A DNA stretch of 57,695 nucleotides, filler included, from Porpidia crustulata (taxonomy: Eukaryota): NCBI GenBank assembly GCA_964255105.1. It is 7 parts of 7 records of this genome, joined end to end, with 100 filler letters (N's around TTAATTAATTAA, not from the genome) between each part and the next. Parts side by side here need not be neighbours in the genome. Positions count along the whole stretch, not along the records: positions 1 to 8,174 come from CAXUWE010001158.1; positions 8,275 to 16,445 come from CAXUWE010001159.1; 5 more parts are not named here. One strand, written 5' to 3'. The translations under genes were made by a program, and so were the position numbers. Below the pieces are notes generated by a model that was not told the DNA's origin, ran no database searches, and saw nothing but the letters and a program-made list of their open reading frames with translations. Below, piece after piece: positions 1-11,754 of the stretch; positions within the stretch are counted from its first letter, which is position 1, and every line of letters begins with the position of its first letter.

Positions 1-280
1 CCATAACTATGCCATCTGCATTATCGCCTTGTTTGTTTTGAGAAGCTTCTCGTGCCTTCCGTGAGGCGATCTTCTTTTGTTCAGAGCTTCTTGTCATTGT
101 ATCGATTTTCCTGGTGCGTTCGGGCGCCACACAGCTACCCAGACTGTCTGCGGCAAGGTCGTGATAATTAAAATAAACTTGAGTCGAAATTGAGTAGTAA
201 AAAGCGCGGCACTGACTAATATAATCGTCTGTACTTGTCGTCTCCGGTCCTGATTGTTCTTCCAATAAAACTGTCATGGA

Positions 281-2073
281 CACGATTATGTGTGGATTGA
301 TACTTGCTGCATCAATCAGGAAAGTAGCGCCGAATTAACCGAGGCTATTAGATAACTCGATGTATGAGTGGTACAAGGCTGCAGCCGTTTATCTTTTTGA
401 TGTTCTCATCAGTACAATCAACGGTGAGGTGGAGCAACAGATCAGGTCTAGCAACTGGTTTACACGTGGCTGGACTTTACAAGAACTTCTCGCTCCTCAC
501 ACCATTATCTTCTTTGATCAGCAGTGGGAGATACTAGGCACGAAGCAGACATTAAGTAAGATATTAACCCTGAAGTCCGGTATAGATGAGGGCATACTCA
601 ATGGAGAGCCTCTATCAAGGCGTCCCATTGCCCATCGAATGTCTTGGGCTCCGAGAGAGAAACCTCACGCAGAGAAGACGAGGCTTATTGTTTGCTGGGA
701 ATATTCGATGTCAATATGCCAATGCTCTATGGCGAAGGACAAGCAAAAGCCTTCCTCCGCCTCCAAGAAGAGATAATTAAACGATCGGATGACCATACCA
801 TCTTCGCATGGCCCATACATCGTCAAGGTCAACCTGGTCTTCTTGCTGACAGTCCTGAAGCCTTCAAAGATTGTCAACGTGTCTTGACTAAGACCTCCCG
901 TGGAGGCCGTTCACCATATTCCTTGACTAATCGTGGACTCTCAATGGAACTGATAGTAGCTCAGTTCGTGGTAGATACTTACGTTGCTCTTCTAGAGTGT
1001 GATGATGAAGGAGTATCGCCAGTTGATGGTTACGCCGAGGAATTGCGCCTCGGAATATTTCTTAGGAGACTAAACGAAGATGATCAGTACGCCCGAGTCG
1101 AGTACAAGGGGAAGACTTTTATGCGATTCAATGCTTCAACGTGGGATCAGGAAGCCATGGCGCCTCTTCAAGCCGAGCGACCAGTTGAACGTATTAAAAT
1201 CAACGTGCGCCAAACAATCACCGAATCCAACATTGACGACTATAAAGACCGGGTCCATGGCTTCCGTATTGCCACGCCTGAACTCCTCAAAAAATCCAAG
1301 TCAGGCGAGGACCGCTTCAAATGCTCGGCAGCCCGTTGGGACCCGCAGCAACGCATCTTGATGATGAGGCCCAGGGCTAGTAAGGTAATAGGCTTTGGTA
1401 CAGTGTGCTTCCTTAGCATCAAAGGACAGGACTATAAGATCAAAGTGGTCAAATTTGGGTTTGAATTCGGGTATAACCCCGTCTGCTTCATTGCCACGGA
1501 TGGCGGGCTAAACAGGAAGGAGCACGCCCTCAACAGACATGGAGCGACGACCTATGTCCTTGACACTCAGGAAGCTCCATGGGAGAAAGAGGAGAAGGCG
1601 CAGTTCCCGGGGATTTACGAGCGAACTCCGTTTGACAAGTTAGGCTGGAGTGAAGTATACGATGGAATTGTGTTTGATCTGAAACAGCACACAGGCCTTT
1701 GGGCTCTGAAGGGAGATCATATAAATGGATGTAATGTCCAATTGAAGATGTAGCTACTTTGCGAATCGTGCGGGGGAAAATTCAGGACAGCATGGTATGG
1801 GACGTGTATCTCGAAAATCTCAAGAAAGAAGCACTCTGCGCAAGATCTTCAAATGAAGACAAGTCGATTCATGAATCAATAAGCAAATACTTAGTAGTGA
1901 GTATTAATTCGGTCCCTCCACCTCGAAGCACTTCGCATTACTCTACTAATCGTCACAACTTCTGCCGTAAATTAGGACTCGCAGGAGTCTCTTGTCGCAA
2001 TCCAGGTATCTCGATGCTGAAGAGGGTTTTCAGCAATGTCATTGAGGATATAGAACCAAATTGGATCAACTAA
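281..2073 (+). pseudogene. HET-domain (heterokaryon incompatibility) protein, 5'-truncated with three frameshifts
   Basis: HET motifs YVWIDTCCINQESSAELTEAI-NSMYEWY, WFTRGWTLQELLAP and RMSWA-ERETSRREDEAYCLLGIFDVNMPMLYGEG lie in different frames. There is a 4-nt insertion (agat, 350-353), a 1-nt loss at ~650 and a probable 1-nt loss at ~1746. An in-frame TAA lies at 266-268 and no HET N-terminus was found. Confidence 0.8.
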
Positions 2074-2443
2074 ATGAGTTCAATAGACTTTAAACAGCTG
2101 GGTTCAGAGATACGTTGAATGTAGAGATGACATCTAAGCAGATGGAGGCGCAAGTAGATAGTGCTCATATTAGGCCGTCTGTATACCTCTTGAGAGACTT
2201 GAATCCCATACCCTCATGTATGTCGGCCAGTGTGTATGGCTAGATGCGTAACGTTTCGCTACGTTATCAGGAAATTTATTAGCGAGTGCCAGAAGCTTGA
2301 CACCTCCTGTTGGTGCATAAATGAGGCAATGTTTACTAGGAGAAGTCCACCTATTAACCGACACACCTACTACACTCACTGTGCCCATCTACCTAAGGTT
2401 CAGTACCACTCAACTCCTGTCCCTCATACTCAACAACTCCAAG

Positions 2444-3133
2444 ATGGACTTTTTCAAAGCACTCCTTCCATGCTTCCCTTTCACGCCAGACGAGCCCACA
2501 ATCAGCTTCTCCACCAAGACCCCTCACCCCAATACCTTTCTATCAGAGAAGACCGCAGCCTACCCGCTCAAGCACGCTTCTCAACCCACCGTCACAATCC
2601 AACAAGCCGCCGACTCCATCATCTGCGCTCTCCAAGATACCGAGAAAGCTGGCCCATCTCTCGATGTCACCATCCAGTCAATCGTGCACCAAGCCGGTGG
2701 CTGGTCCGAGTACCTGGCCGCTAAGATCGTATCCGCACTGGAGGCCGTCCTCAAGGCAGGTGGCGAGATGAAAGGACCATTGAAAGAGGCGTATGATAAG
2801 GCGTGCGAAGAGGCAAAGAAGATTGAAGGACTCGCGGAGGACCATCCGGTAGCGACGGCAGTACTTCTTACGGTCGTTGCATTGGGGGTCTTGGTCCTTT
2901 TGGCACCGTACGTGCTTGATGCGCTTGGCTTTGCGGAGTCTGGCGTTATCGAGGGTGAGTTTGCTTCTCCAGTCGGGTGGCTCGAGAAGACGATGGCTGA
3001 TGTTAATCTGCTACCCGTAGCATCATGGGCCGCGCGTTGGCAAGCGACATATCGTGGATACGTGCCCGCTAGGTCGCTCTTCTCTTACTTCCAGCGCTTG
3101 GGCATGACGTGGATGAAAGGTTATGCCATGTAG
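2444..3133 (+). CDS. Fungal membrane protein with C-terminal IFI6/IFI27 (ISG12)-like motif, ~207 aa, 2 exons
   Basis: ATG 2444; in-frame intron 2955-3020 (GTGAGT..TAG). The hydrophobic helix VATAVLLTVVALGVLVLLAPYVL is followed by LGFAESGVIEASWAARWQATYRGYVPARSLFSYFQRLGM, which resembles the Ifi-6-16 (PF06140) pattern. Confidence 0.7.
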   Translation: MDFFKALLPCFPFTPDEPTISFSTKTPHPNTFLSEKTAAYPLKHASQPTVTIQQAADSIICALQDTEKAGPSLDVTIQSIVHQAGGWSEYLAAKIVSALEAVLKAGGEMKGPLKEAYDKACEEAKKIEGLAEDHPVATAVLLTVVALGVLVLLAPYVLDALGFAESGVIEGEFASPVGWLEKTMADVNLLPVASWAARWQATYRGYVPARSLFSYFQRLGMTWMKGYAM

Positions 3134-6100
3134 GCCTTGGTGAGCTCAGCATGACAGGTAGGATTTCGGTGGCGTCACAGCTGGCGATGGGGATCACGGC
3201 TCAGGGGGGCATGGCTTACGACTGCATGGCTTATGATTACATGGCTGGAATGGCTTCAGGGAGATGGCAGGATCTCTGATGCTAGATATTTACATTCAAG
3301 TTCGACTGAGATACTAGTAAGCAGTAAGGATACTTTTTTCGTGTTATCGCTATACAAAGGTGATGTGCTACGACTATGTTTTTCAAATTCTTCGTCACAG
3401 AAATTATACATACGCATGAGGATCAATTTCACTATCAGTTGAGAGACTTTTGTTCTGGAGGAAAAGGAGAAAAGCCGAAGACTTCAAGATGAACTTTGAC
3501 CCGGAGTCAAGAGGAAGGGGTTGAAATATCTCATTTCCCTGACTACTCTTATCTTCAATGAGATCTGAATCTCCTTCGCCGATTTATAAGACCGCTACCT
3601 TCCCAACCCGCCTCCAAAACATTCTCTATATATTCTTGTCCATAAACATCAAAACTACTCCATCATTGCTATCAACCTCCAAGAATCCATTGTTCACGGG
3701 CCTTAGTCATGCAGCCGGTCAGACATGCGATCCTTCCTCTCTTAGTCGCCACACCCTCGCCGTTACTGTCCTACCCTCGACTGTCCCCAAGCCGTCGCCA
3801 TGTTCAATAGTGTCCTATCACTTATCTGACATATTATCAACGGGTTATAAGCAAGGATGAGACTGGATGTCGGTGAATGAAATAATGTGGAGCAGGTTAG
3901 GAGACTCGAGCACTTTTTGGCATGAGAAGGGGCTGTTTTCAGGATGCATAATTGTGCTGCTCACGCGAGGAAAGTTCTCTCGTCTGGGAAATGGAGGAAC
4001 AAGCGTGGGTATTGATATGGACATCAGTGCAACCGAAGGATTGTCGACTCCAATTTGATTTTGGATACTTGGCACTTGGTATTTGAATTGAGATATCAAT
4101 TTGCCAGTGTTCCAGCATGGCCTATCTTCTTCCTGGAATACCTGCTCGCTTTACAAAACCCACCTGACGACGATCATATCAAAAACAAATCATGATGTCT
4201 TTATAGCAAATCTATCATCTTTGATGATTGTGTTCATCAATGAGGAGCAGTGTCTTGACTACGCTTTTGTATGTATACAAAGCATGATTGTCGAGATGTG
4301 GAGAACGTATGATTCGCAAATAAATTCTGGTTAACAAGTACGCTCTCTCAGACTAAATGATTTTATGTTATTCACTTTATATTCTTACCCTTGGAGTCCT
4401 AGTCTATAAATCAGCATATTCTCCGGATCGTACATCGTTTCATTGTTGCTAGTCCAAAGTCTTGATGGAAATGACAATCTTGGAAACCTCAATTTTGAAT
4501 ACTTCTAATCTGGGACTTCTCTTATCCCGGTTATTTATTAACAGAGTCATAGCAAGCGTTACAATGCCAGTCCTCAATACTATACTCTATCGAGAGATAA
4601 TGGAATACAAGAGTGTTTCAAGTAGAAGGAGACGGTGTATTTCGATGAGATTGATGCCTGACTATATTCGCCGACATGCGTTCGATCTCAAAATCTCCAA
4701 TTCCAGGGCTGAAGCCAGTGGCACTATCTCCTGTATTCCAGGTATTGCCGTAAAGAAAGGGCTGAAAATCTAGAGAAGGGAGGTTCTCGAAGTATCCAAA
4801 GCGCGCGCACTTACAAAGGCTACCGATTTGAATGATAAGAGGCGCAAGCGTAAGAATATGGTTGAAATCAGACAAGAGAAATTCTTAAATGCTAAGGAAG
4901 TACTTGAATGTAAAAAATATGTACCTGATCCAATTCGGTCGAAGGTTAACGGACAGAACCATACTGAAAACTTGGAATGCTTCGGAAAAGTCTTGCAGAA
5001 CGTTCTGATGACAAAAGCAAACAAGAAGGAACACTGCTGTTTTGGGTTTAGAAGACACTAATATACTACTCTAAATAGGGCTTTTCTGATCCCATTGGAA
5101 CGTCCCAGGAGGTAAGTAAAGCTGGGGGGCTGGTAACACGATCATCTCCAGGCTTTGGATTGTTTGAAATGAATTACTGCCCAAGCTCTTACGAAGAATC
5201 GACACCCTGAGCTTGACGTATTGACTCATCTATGTATATTATTCCTCTCATTTTTGTCGAAGTCGGCTGTGGTACTATATATGTGCGCTGGAGAGTGGAA
5301 TGAAAGCTCGGCGCAAACGTTTTGAAGCCGTGAGCTTCCGAAGTGTATGTGCCTATGTGCCATAAAATTTGGTAGAGTGTGTGTGATCATAGACCTTTGT
5401 TATTCGTATATAGCAGACTATAACGAAAAGACAGTCGTTCAATGCCTGGATGGTCTAAGGTTGTGGTCAATGGATGGAGGAGAATAGTAGGTGGGACGGA
5501 CGGAATTCGACGGGCTATGCTTCGGAATAAGAATCCGGTGGTACTTTGTCTCCTGTATGACAGATCGACATCATCATGCCTTCTCAATATACAGGTATTG
5601 GCAAAAGGCCTAGCGTTTATGAGAGAGACTAGTGGCTCATGATTATATGTCTCTCTGATTCTCGTGGTCCATAGCTAGCTACGGTAGCTCTTAAGTGGAG
5701 GGATGAAGTGGATACGAAATCCTTCTGTAAGCATCACATTGCAACAGGGGACTCGAGCAGCTCCTGCTCAAGGAGATAGCGTGGTCTTCGTGACGGTGGA
5801 GAAAAGATATCAAGGACGACCCTGGTAGTGGTTGGAAAGCCATTGTAAGGCTGATCTACTCCGGGGGGTGTGATCACCTGTGCGTATGGATGTGTATAAT
5901 TGGTGATCTAGACTCTCTCAAGTTCAACTCCAACGACCGAGCTGACTCGCCATGCTGAGTCTTGAATATCAACCTAGATAACGAAGAACTCCTTGCAGGG
6001 CGCATCATGCGTAGAGAGGAAGAAAGTCAAGACCGACATCACCCGCCAGTGGATGAGCTCCAAACTGATCGGCAAGACCACCCAATGAGGTAGATATTTA

Positions 6101-7774
6101 GAAGTCAAGGCGAACCAATGTGCCATCACTCAAAGCTTACTAACATGCCAATAGTCTGTACTGGCCGTAAAGGATAAACAGCCTATCACTTATCAGATCA
6201 GACTCGGTGTGACAGAAGACTATTACTCCCACGTACCACATGAGAGTTTACCCTGAGCTTCTGTCTCGCGATTAGAGTTTGTCTGGCTAAGCCTCTTTTC
6301 TCCTTCGGGCTTTCTTACGCGCTTTCTCACGCGCCACGCACAAAGTCTCGTTCAACAGAGTTCAGGAACAACACAACACAGCTGGTTGGATTGTGGGGTA
6401 CATTAGCCTAGTCGTCGTGCACAGCTTCGAGCCTCCAATGCAAATCCCCCGCGTTTCCACGTTGTTCTGCACTTGGCTCAGCACTTTACGCAACGTACGA
6501 TACATTGCATACATCATCATGGGCGATCATGTATCTTGGTAGACTGAGTATGACGGAAAAGACCCCTCTGCACCGCAACTGTTTGTCAAGGCGCCTACGA
6601 GTTGATCCTTATGGTCGCTGAATTTCCTAGGGCAAACTTTATCGGACTTATTGCAATTTCTTCTTTGGTGTTATGCGACATGTATCTGAACTCAAAGCCA
6701 CAACGGGAAACGGCGGACTAGAATAGCCCGACAAGCTTGGTACCAAGTCTGCAAAGTCAGCATTTTCGGGTTGGACTATCATTGCCGCGGACTGGACGGT
6801 CGATCACTTTTCTTAGGATCATAGTCTTTGGATCCGGTCGGACTTGCCGCTGCGCCAAAAGGCCGATCGATAGATGGAGAGACTGTCTACCAACCTAGAT
6901 GAGTTACCCATATGTGGAACACCCACTCAACTATCTTCAGGTCACGCCTCAGGTTTCTCCACACCAAAGTCAGATCCAGCCACAAACACTTGTCAAATCT
7001 CGCTTTCCTCTGGTTCGCTAACCTAGCCTGCGGGATCGCCTTCATGGCACCTATCTTGCCTCCTGACGGCACTATCCCGTAGGAGGTAGTTTGGGTGATT
7101 GAATTGCCATCTCACCACTCCTTAGTGTCCCTTTTATGCTCTCGCTGGTCGATAGCCCAAGTTCATCGATGATGTCTATCATCTTACCCGTAACCTTGCG
7201 ACCCAATTGGCGAACTGAAATGGAGCATTTTGCCGATGGAAGCTCGCAGCCAAACGCAGTTCAACGAGGCTGAAAACTTTGTGTAACTTGCGATTGTTCT
7301 AGTCCCTTGTCCTCTCAACCGATGTTGTGCATTTCAGAAATTCTCATGTTTACGGGAATACTTTCAAGCTTCGTATATGCAGTCACCCCCTTTTTGGCAT
7401 TTTCCTAGCTCCATCGTGAACCCAAAGTTCAACAAAATGACAAAAAGGAGGATGATGAGAGGGGACCTTGAAGTATAATCATCATGCAATGTGCTGAGAT
7501 TTTCCATTGGCCTGGCGTCTCCCGTGCCCCAAGACTGAGAGATTCTGGGCATCGCTATCCAGAAAGCCTGTTATTTAGAGGCATGCACGTACTATTGACA
7601 AGACTCTGCCTGATTGAGTGTCTGTACAAGTAAGGTGGACTATGGGTATAAGAAGGGTCTCCTTTCCTAAGATCTCTTATCAGCTTCGACATCCTCAGCA
7701 ACTCAAGCATTCATCTAGCCTACCATTCATATTCTATCCTTTGCTTTCTCAGCAACCTCTAGCACCCAGCAATC

Positions 7775-8174
7775 ATGAAGATCCAAGCCCTCGCCAGCCT
7801 CGCCGTGCTCCTTTGCACTGGCTTGGTCTCTGCCACTGCTCTACCCAACCAGGACTACGACGACAGCTGCTACAAGTGCGAGTATAAGTATGATGACTGC
7901 GGAAAGGAATACGGAGGGTAAGTCTGATATTTAACTTTCAATCTTTTTCCTCAATTGTCTTGACCTTTCCTATCCCTCACCCTTTCTACCCTGGAACTAT
8001 CTATTCCTCCCTTCACATTCCCCCCAATCCCAACCACCACTAACACCTCCCACCTCAGATCTTACAACTCCTGCTACGAAGATTTCGATTCTTGCTACCC
8101 CAAGCCATGGTGCCCCGAGAAAGAGGACAAATGCCACAAATGCGAGTACAAGCATGACAACTGCGGCAAGAAAT
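7775..8174 (+). CDS. Small secreted Cys/Tyr-rich tandem-repeat protein, 3' end lost at contig break
   Basis: Not in the ORF track. Signal peptide MKIQALASLAVLLCTGLVSA; intron 7918-8058 (GTAAGT, CACTAAC branch, CAG). Spliced product reads ...CYKCEYKYDDCGKEYGGSYNSCYEDFDSCYPKPWCPEKEDK-CHKCEYKHDNCGKK. Confidence 0.85.
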
Positions 8175-8274
8175 NNNNNNNNNNNNNNNNNNNNNNNNNN
8201 NNNNNNNNNNNNNNNNNNTTAATTAATTAANNNNNNNNNNNNNNNNNNNNNNNNNNNNNNNNNNNNNNNNNNNN
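8175..8274. other. Artificial contig spacer N44-TTAATTAATTAA-N44
   Basis: Identical 100-bp cassette occurs six times; the core gives stops in all six frames. Confidence 0.98.
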
Positions 8275-9303
8275 TCGCTGTTCAGCGCCGTGTCCATGTA
8301 CCCCGGCGAGATCGTGTTGAAGCGGACGCCGTGCCGCGCCCACTCCGCCGCCGGCGACCGGCCGAGGTGGATCATGGCGGCCTTGGAGGCGTTGTAGGCG
8401 CACTGCTCCTGCGGGTGCAGGACGCGGGAGCCGGCGATGGAGCCGACGAGGATGATGGAGCCGCCGCGGTCGCGGGCGATCATGTGGCGGGCGCAGGCTT
8501 GGGTGGCGAGGAAGGTGCCGGTAAGGTTGGTGTCGAGGAGGGAGCGGAATTGGGCGGCGGGGTAGTCTTCGGCTTTGAGGTTGGAGTCGACGATGCCGGC
8601 GCAGTTGATGAGGATGTCGGGGGGTCCGAGGGTGTAGGAGATGATATTTATGGCTTTGGTGACTGCAGGGGCATCACGAACATCGACGTTGTGGAATTGG
8701 ACCGGGATGTTGGCGGTGGAGTGGAGGTCCGCGGCGGCTTTGTCGCCGAGGTCTTGTTCCCGGTCGAGTAGAGCTATGGAGGCGGCACCGGCTTCGGCGA
8801 GGGCTTGCGACATGTTCCATCCTAGGCCACGGGCACCGCTATTACGGAGAACTTGTTTCAGCAAAGAAGGGAGATTCAAAGAGAACAATCTGCAATTTTG
8901 AAAAGTGTTGAGGTTCCTTCAGACATAGAGAAATCGAGGTTAAAAATGGAGACGCGAGATAGGATATTCAGATAACGAAGCCTCAAGCCAGTGGTGTAGT
9001 GGAAAGAACAGTCACTTCTTGAGCCAAAACCTACCCAGTGATGACCGCCACCTTGCCTTCAAGAGTAAATGATCTCAAGGTAGGCGTTAATTCGGAGAAG
9101 ATGCTCTTATTGTATGGAACAGCTTTCCTCTCATCGAATCCATCCGCAGCCAAGGACGAAAACTCTTGAGCCTGGTCAGTAGCTCGTAGCTTCGCATTAG
9201 CCCTAGCGGTGCTGAATACGTTCCCACAAATATGTGCGACCAGTGGAACTTTTCCATTTCTAGGTCTGGACAATCTAGACACTGTAAATCTGTATGCACT
9301 CAT
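8275..9303 (-). CDS. Short-chain dehydrogenase/reductase, D-arabinitol/sorbose reductase-like; 3' end truncated by spacer
   Basis: ATG 9303; intron 9034-8839 joins VAVITG|GARGLG (TGxxxGxG Rossmann motif). Also NCAG, catalytic YNASK and NTISPGYMDT. The Arg/Ser-rich N-terminus may be a mitochondrial presequence. Confidence 0.88.
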
Positions 9304-10335
9304 TGGATTGGAGCCTCGTATCGGTTGGGATAGCCTTAACAAGCGGCGTTCCGAGTTAAGCAGCCTCAGTCTCAGCGTAGAGTGTCTTGACAATCCCGCT
9401 GGATTAATTGATATTGGAAAATGTGAAGGAGAAATAGTAATTGCCAATGCCTCAAATCTTTGAACGCAAAGATAGTCGGCTAGTGGCTGACTTATGCATG
9501 ACTTGCTTCTTACATGCGACAGCCAGCTGCACGAGGCCAGACGATCCAACATCGCTCCTGGACATGGACCCAACTTTCCACAAGACCATTGAGCCTTCTC
9601 GGAGAATATGTAAGTCGCTACATAGGCTCTCAAAGTATATCCCATTCATACCTGGCTCAGTGTTGTCTTATTCGATGACTGAAGCATAGCTTCCAGGACT
9701 ACGCTTGATATTTCCTCCTGTAGTGTTGCACGTATTCTTCAAGGTTGACGCTGTGCCAATCTGGTTTGCCCCGCGAGAGATGATTGGATCATGAGAAACC
9801 GTATCTGTGTACAGCTTCTTGTACACACAGAGAGATGTGGCCAATTGACCTCTCTTCTCCGTAGTGGAACTACCAATTGAGTTAGCCACGTCGATGATGC
9901 TCACGGTGCAACGGTTGGTTCTTGGTATCGTGATTGGAATTATCGCATCAAATCAACCGGCATCCTGAGCATCTGGCCATGATTTTGAAGATCTAGGTAA
10001 CGAGATTAAAAATCGGGGCTTAAGCTCTGTAAATGCCTGACGCTTCGTTCACTTGGGGTTGATTCAAGCCAGGGCGAGTGACGTCGTGGGCGAGGAAGAA
10101 GGTAGACGAATGGTAGAGCTAAAGAAGGTACATGATTGAGGTGCAGAGGATCAATCTCAAGCAAGTAGGGACTATCGACATGGAAGGAACGACCCAAGCA
10201 AACCCACCTCTAGAAAGACAGGAGCGAGGTTGGTCGCCGAGAAAACACCAGATCCTTTCCAAACTCCAACGCTTGCTCTCCAAGGCGGTACTGATGATCT
10301 TCTCAGCACTAGAATTTACAAAGCATTACTTCCAA

Positions 10336-11754
10336 CTACTGTACAACCTCCACGTAATTACTTTTGATTGTCAGCATAATCTTAATTGACTTGATAGTGG
10401 CCTACCTGGGGAATATGCCCTCTCGCTGTCCAATCCTGCCTGTCCACCAGTCTGCCGCGTTTTGCGTCCTTTTTACGATCGTGACTACATCTCCCTTCTT
10501 GAATGCCAGGTCACCAGGCTGATCTGCTTCGAATGTGTAGAGGGCAACAGCTTCGTCCGGTCCTAGCGATGCAGCACTTGGCTTGGGCGTGAATTTAGGT
10601 TTTGGTCCGGTGGGCCTGCTGGGCTTTTGGTCGCTGTATGAGTAATCATCGCCGAGAGTGTTTCCTCGACTTCGCCTTCCAAGGTTATCAAAGGTTTCGT
10701 TGGGATTTGCACGTGTGCTCAATGCACGGCTAGGGGCACTGTTGGGCTGTCGATCGTAGACGTCGTCCGCCCAGGTGCTCGCTCTTTTGGGCTGGTCGCG
10801 ATACTCGTAATCATTGGCGCCGCCAGGAGAGCCGGCGTGGTTGGTCGGCAAGCCTTCGTTATAACCCTGACCTTTTCTTCCTTCCCAAACCACATTATCG
10901 TGGCTGTCATCGTAGACTGGAATGTCGTTGTACATCGAGTCATTTGCTAGGTTTGATGTGCCGGAAAAGACTCTGGAGTTCAGCACACGCATAAGCGGTT
11001 CCGCGGCAGGAGGTGGCCTGACTCCCCCTTCTAGCAGTTGTCTTGCAGTGATTCGGCTGTTGTACATTTTCTCATTTGCGTCTCTCCGCTCTATTAATGC
11101 ACCACCCTCGAGACTGACTCCAGCGAACAAGCCCTTTGTTTTCGAATACGAGAACACTCCCGCCACACCTTTCAGGCTGGCCGCGCCCGCAGCTTCTGCG
11201 TTCCTACCAACTGGCCCGGCAGCAATGGATACATTGCCACCTAATTGTAGAGCTCCCTTCTGTGAAAAGGTCCTGACAGCCGCTGCGTCGTTAAGAATGA
11301 AAACGAAGTCTGTCAGCTCGAAGCCTATTTGTCCGCCAAAGCCCCCGCCGCCAGTCATAAGAGCTGAGGGCGCAGACCAAGTTCCATCCGAGAGACGAGC
11401 GACGACTATACCGGAACCAAAGCGCGCAGAGCCAAGAAAACCGGCTTTAAGTACTGTGACGATGGCAAGACCCTTACGAGCCTCTTAGCTTTATGCTTTC
11501 CACCACTGCAAAGTCGTCGCACAGGGTAGATACAAACAGGAGGTGGCTAAGTACCTGAGCATGTGCTAATATATGAGGCGGTATAACCTTGTCGGGCCCA
11601 AACGCTTGCCGTGGGTCTACGAAAGAGGCGAGAATCTTGGTGATATATCAGTGAAAAGTTGAAATTGAGAATGTCTTATAACACCTACTTTACCAGCCTT
11701 CTCGCACTCTTTCTTCATAGAAGTAGGAAACGGATTGTTGATTCCAAAAGGCAT
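10336..11754 (-). CDS. YSC84: YSC84/LSB3-like SYLF + SH3 actin/endocytosis protein, 4 exons, ~412 aa
   Basis: Exons 11754-11689, 11635-11555, 11472-10406, 10360-10336. Motifs GINNPFP, KAGFLGSARFGSG and GGQIGFELTDFVFILN; SH3 ALYTF..DLAFKKGD..DWW..GIFPSNYV is completed by splicing. Confidence 0.93.

Noticed and set aside
8219..8230. TTAATTAATTAA palindrome recurring every ~8.2 kb, read as a biological repeat or array
   Set aside because: It is always centred in exactly 44+44 Ns, so it is an assembly linker with six-frame stops.
8331..8771. Long antisense or alternate-frame ORFs over real genes (also 10922-11488, 21581-22021, 48964-49365, 57008-57412)
   Set aside because: Shadow ORFs caused by codon bias of the true gene, with no recognisable motifs.
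7775..9303. Secreted peptide plus SDR as a biosynthetic (RiPP-like) cluster
   Set aside because: They are on different contigs, there are no KR-delimited core peptides, and no UstYa-like oxidase is visible.
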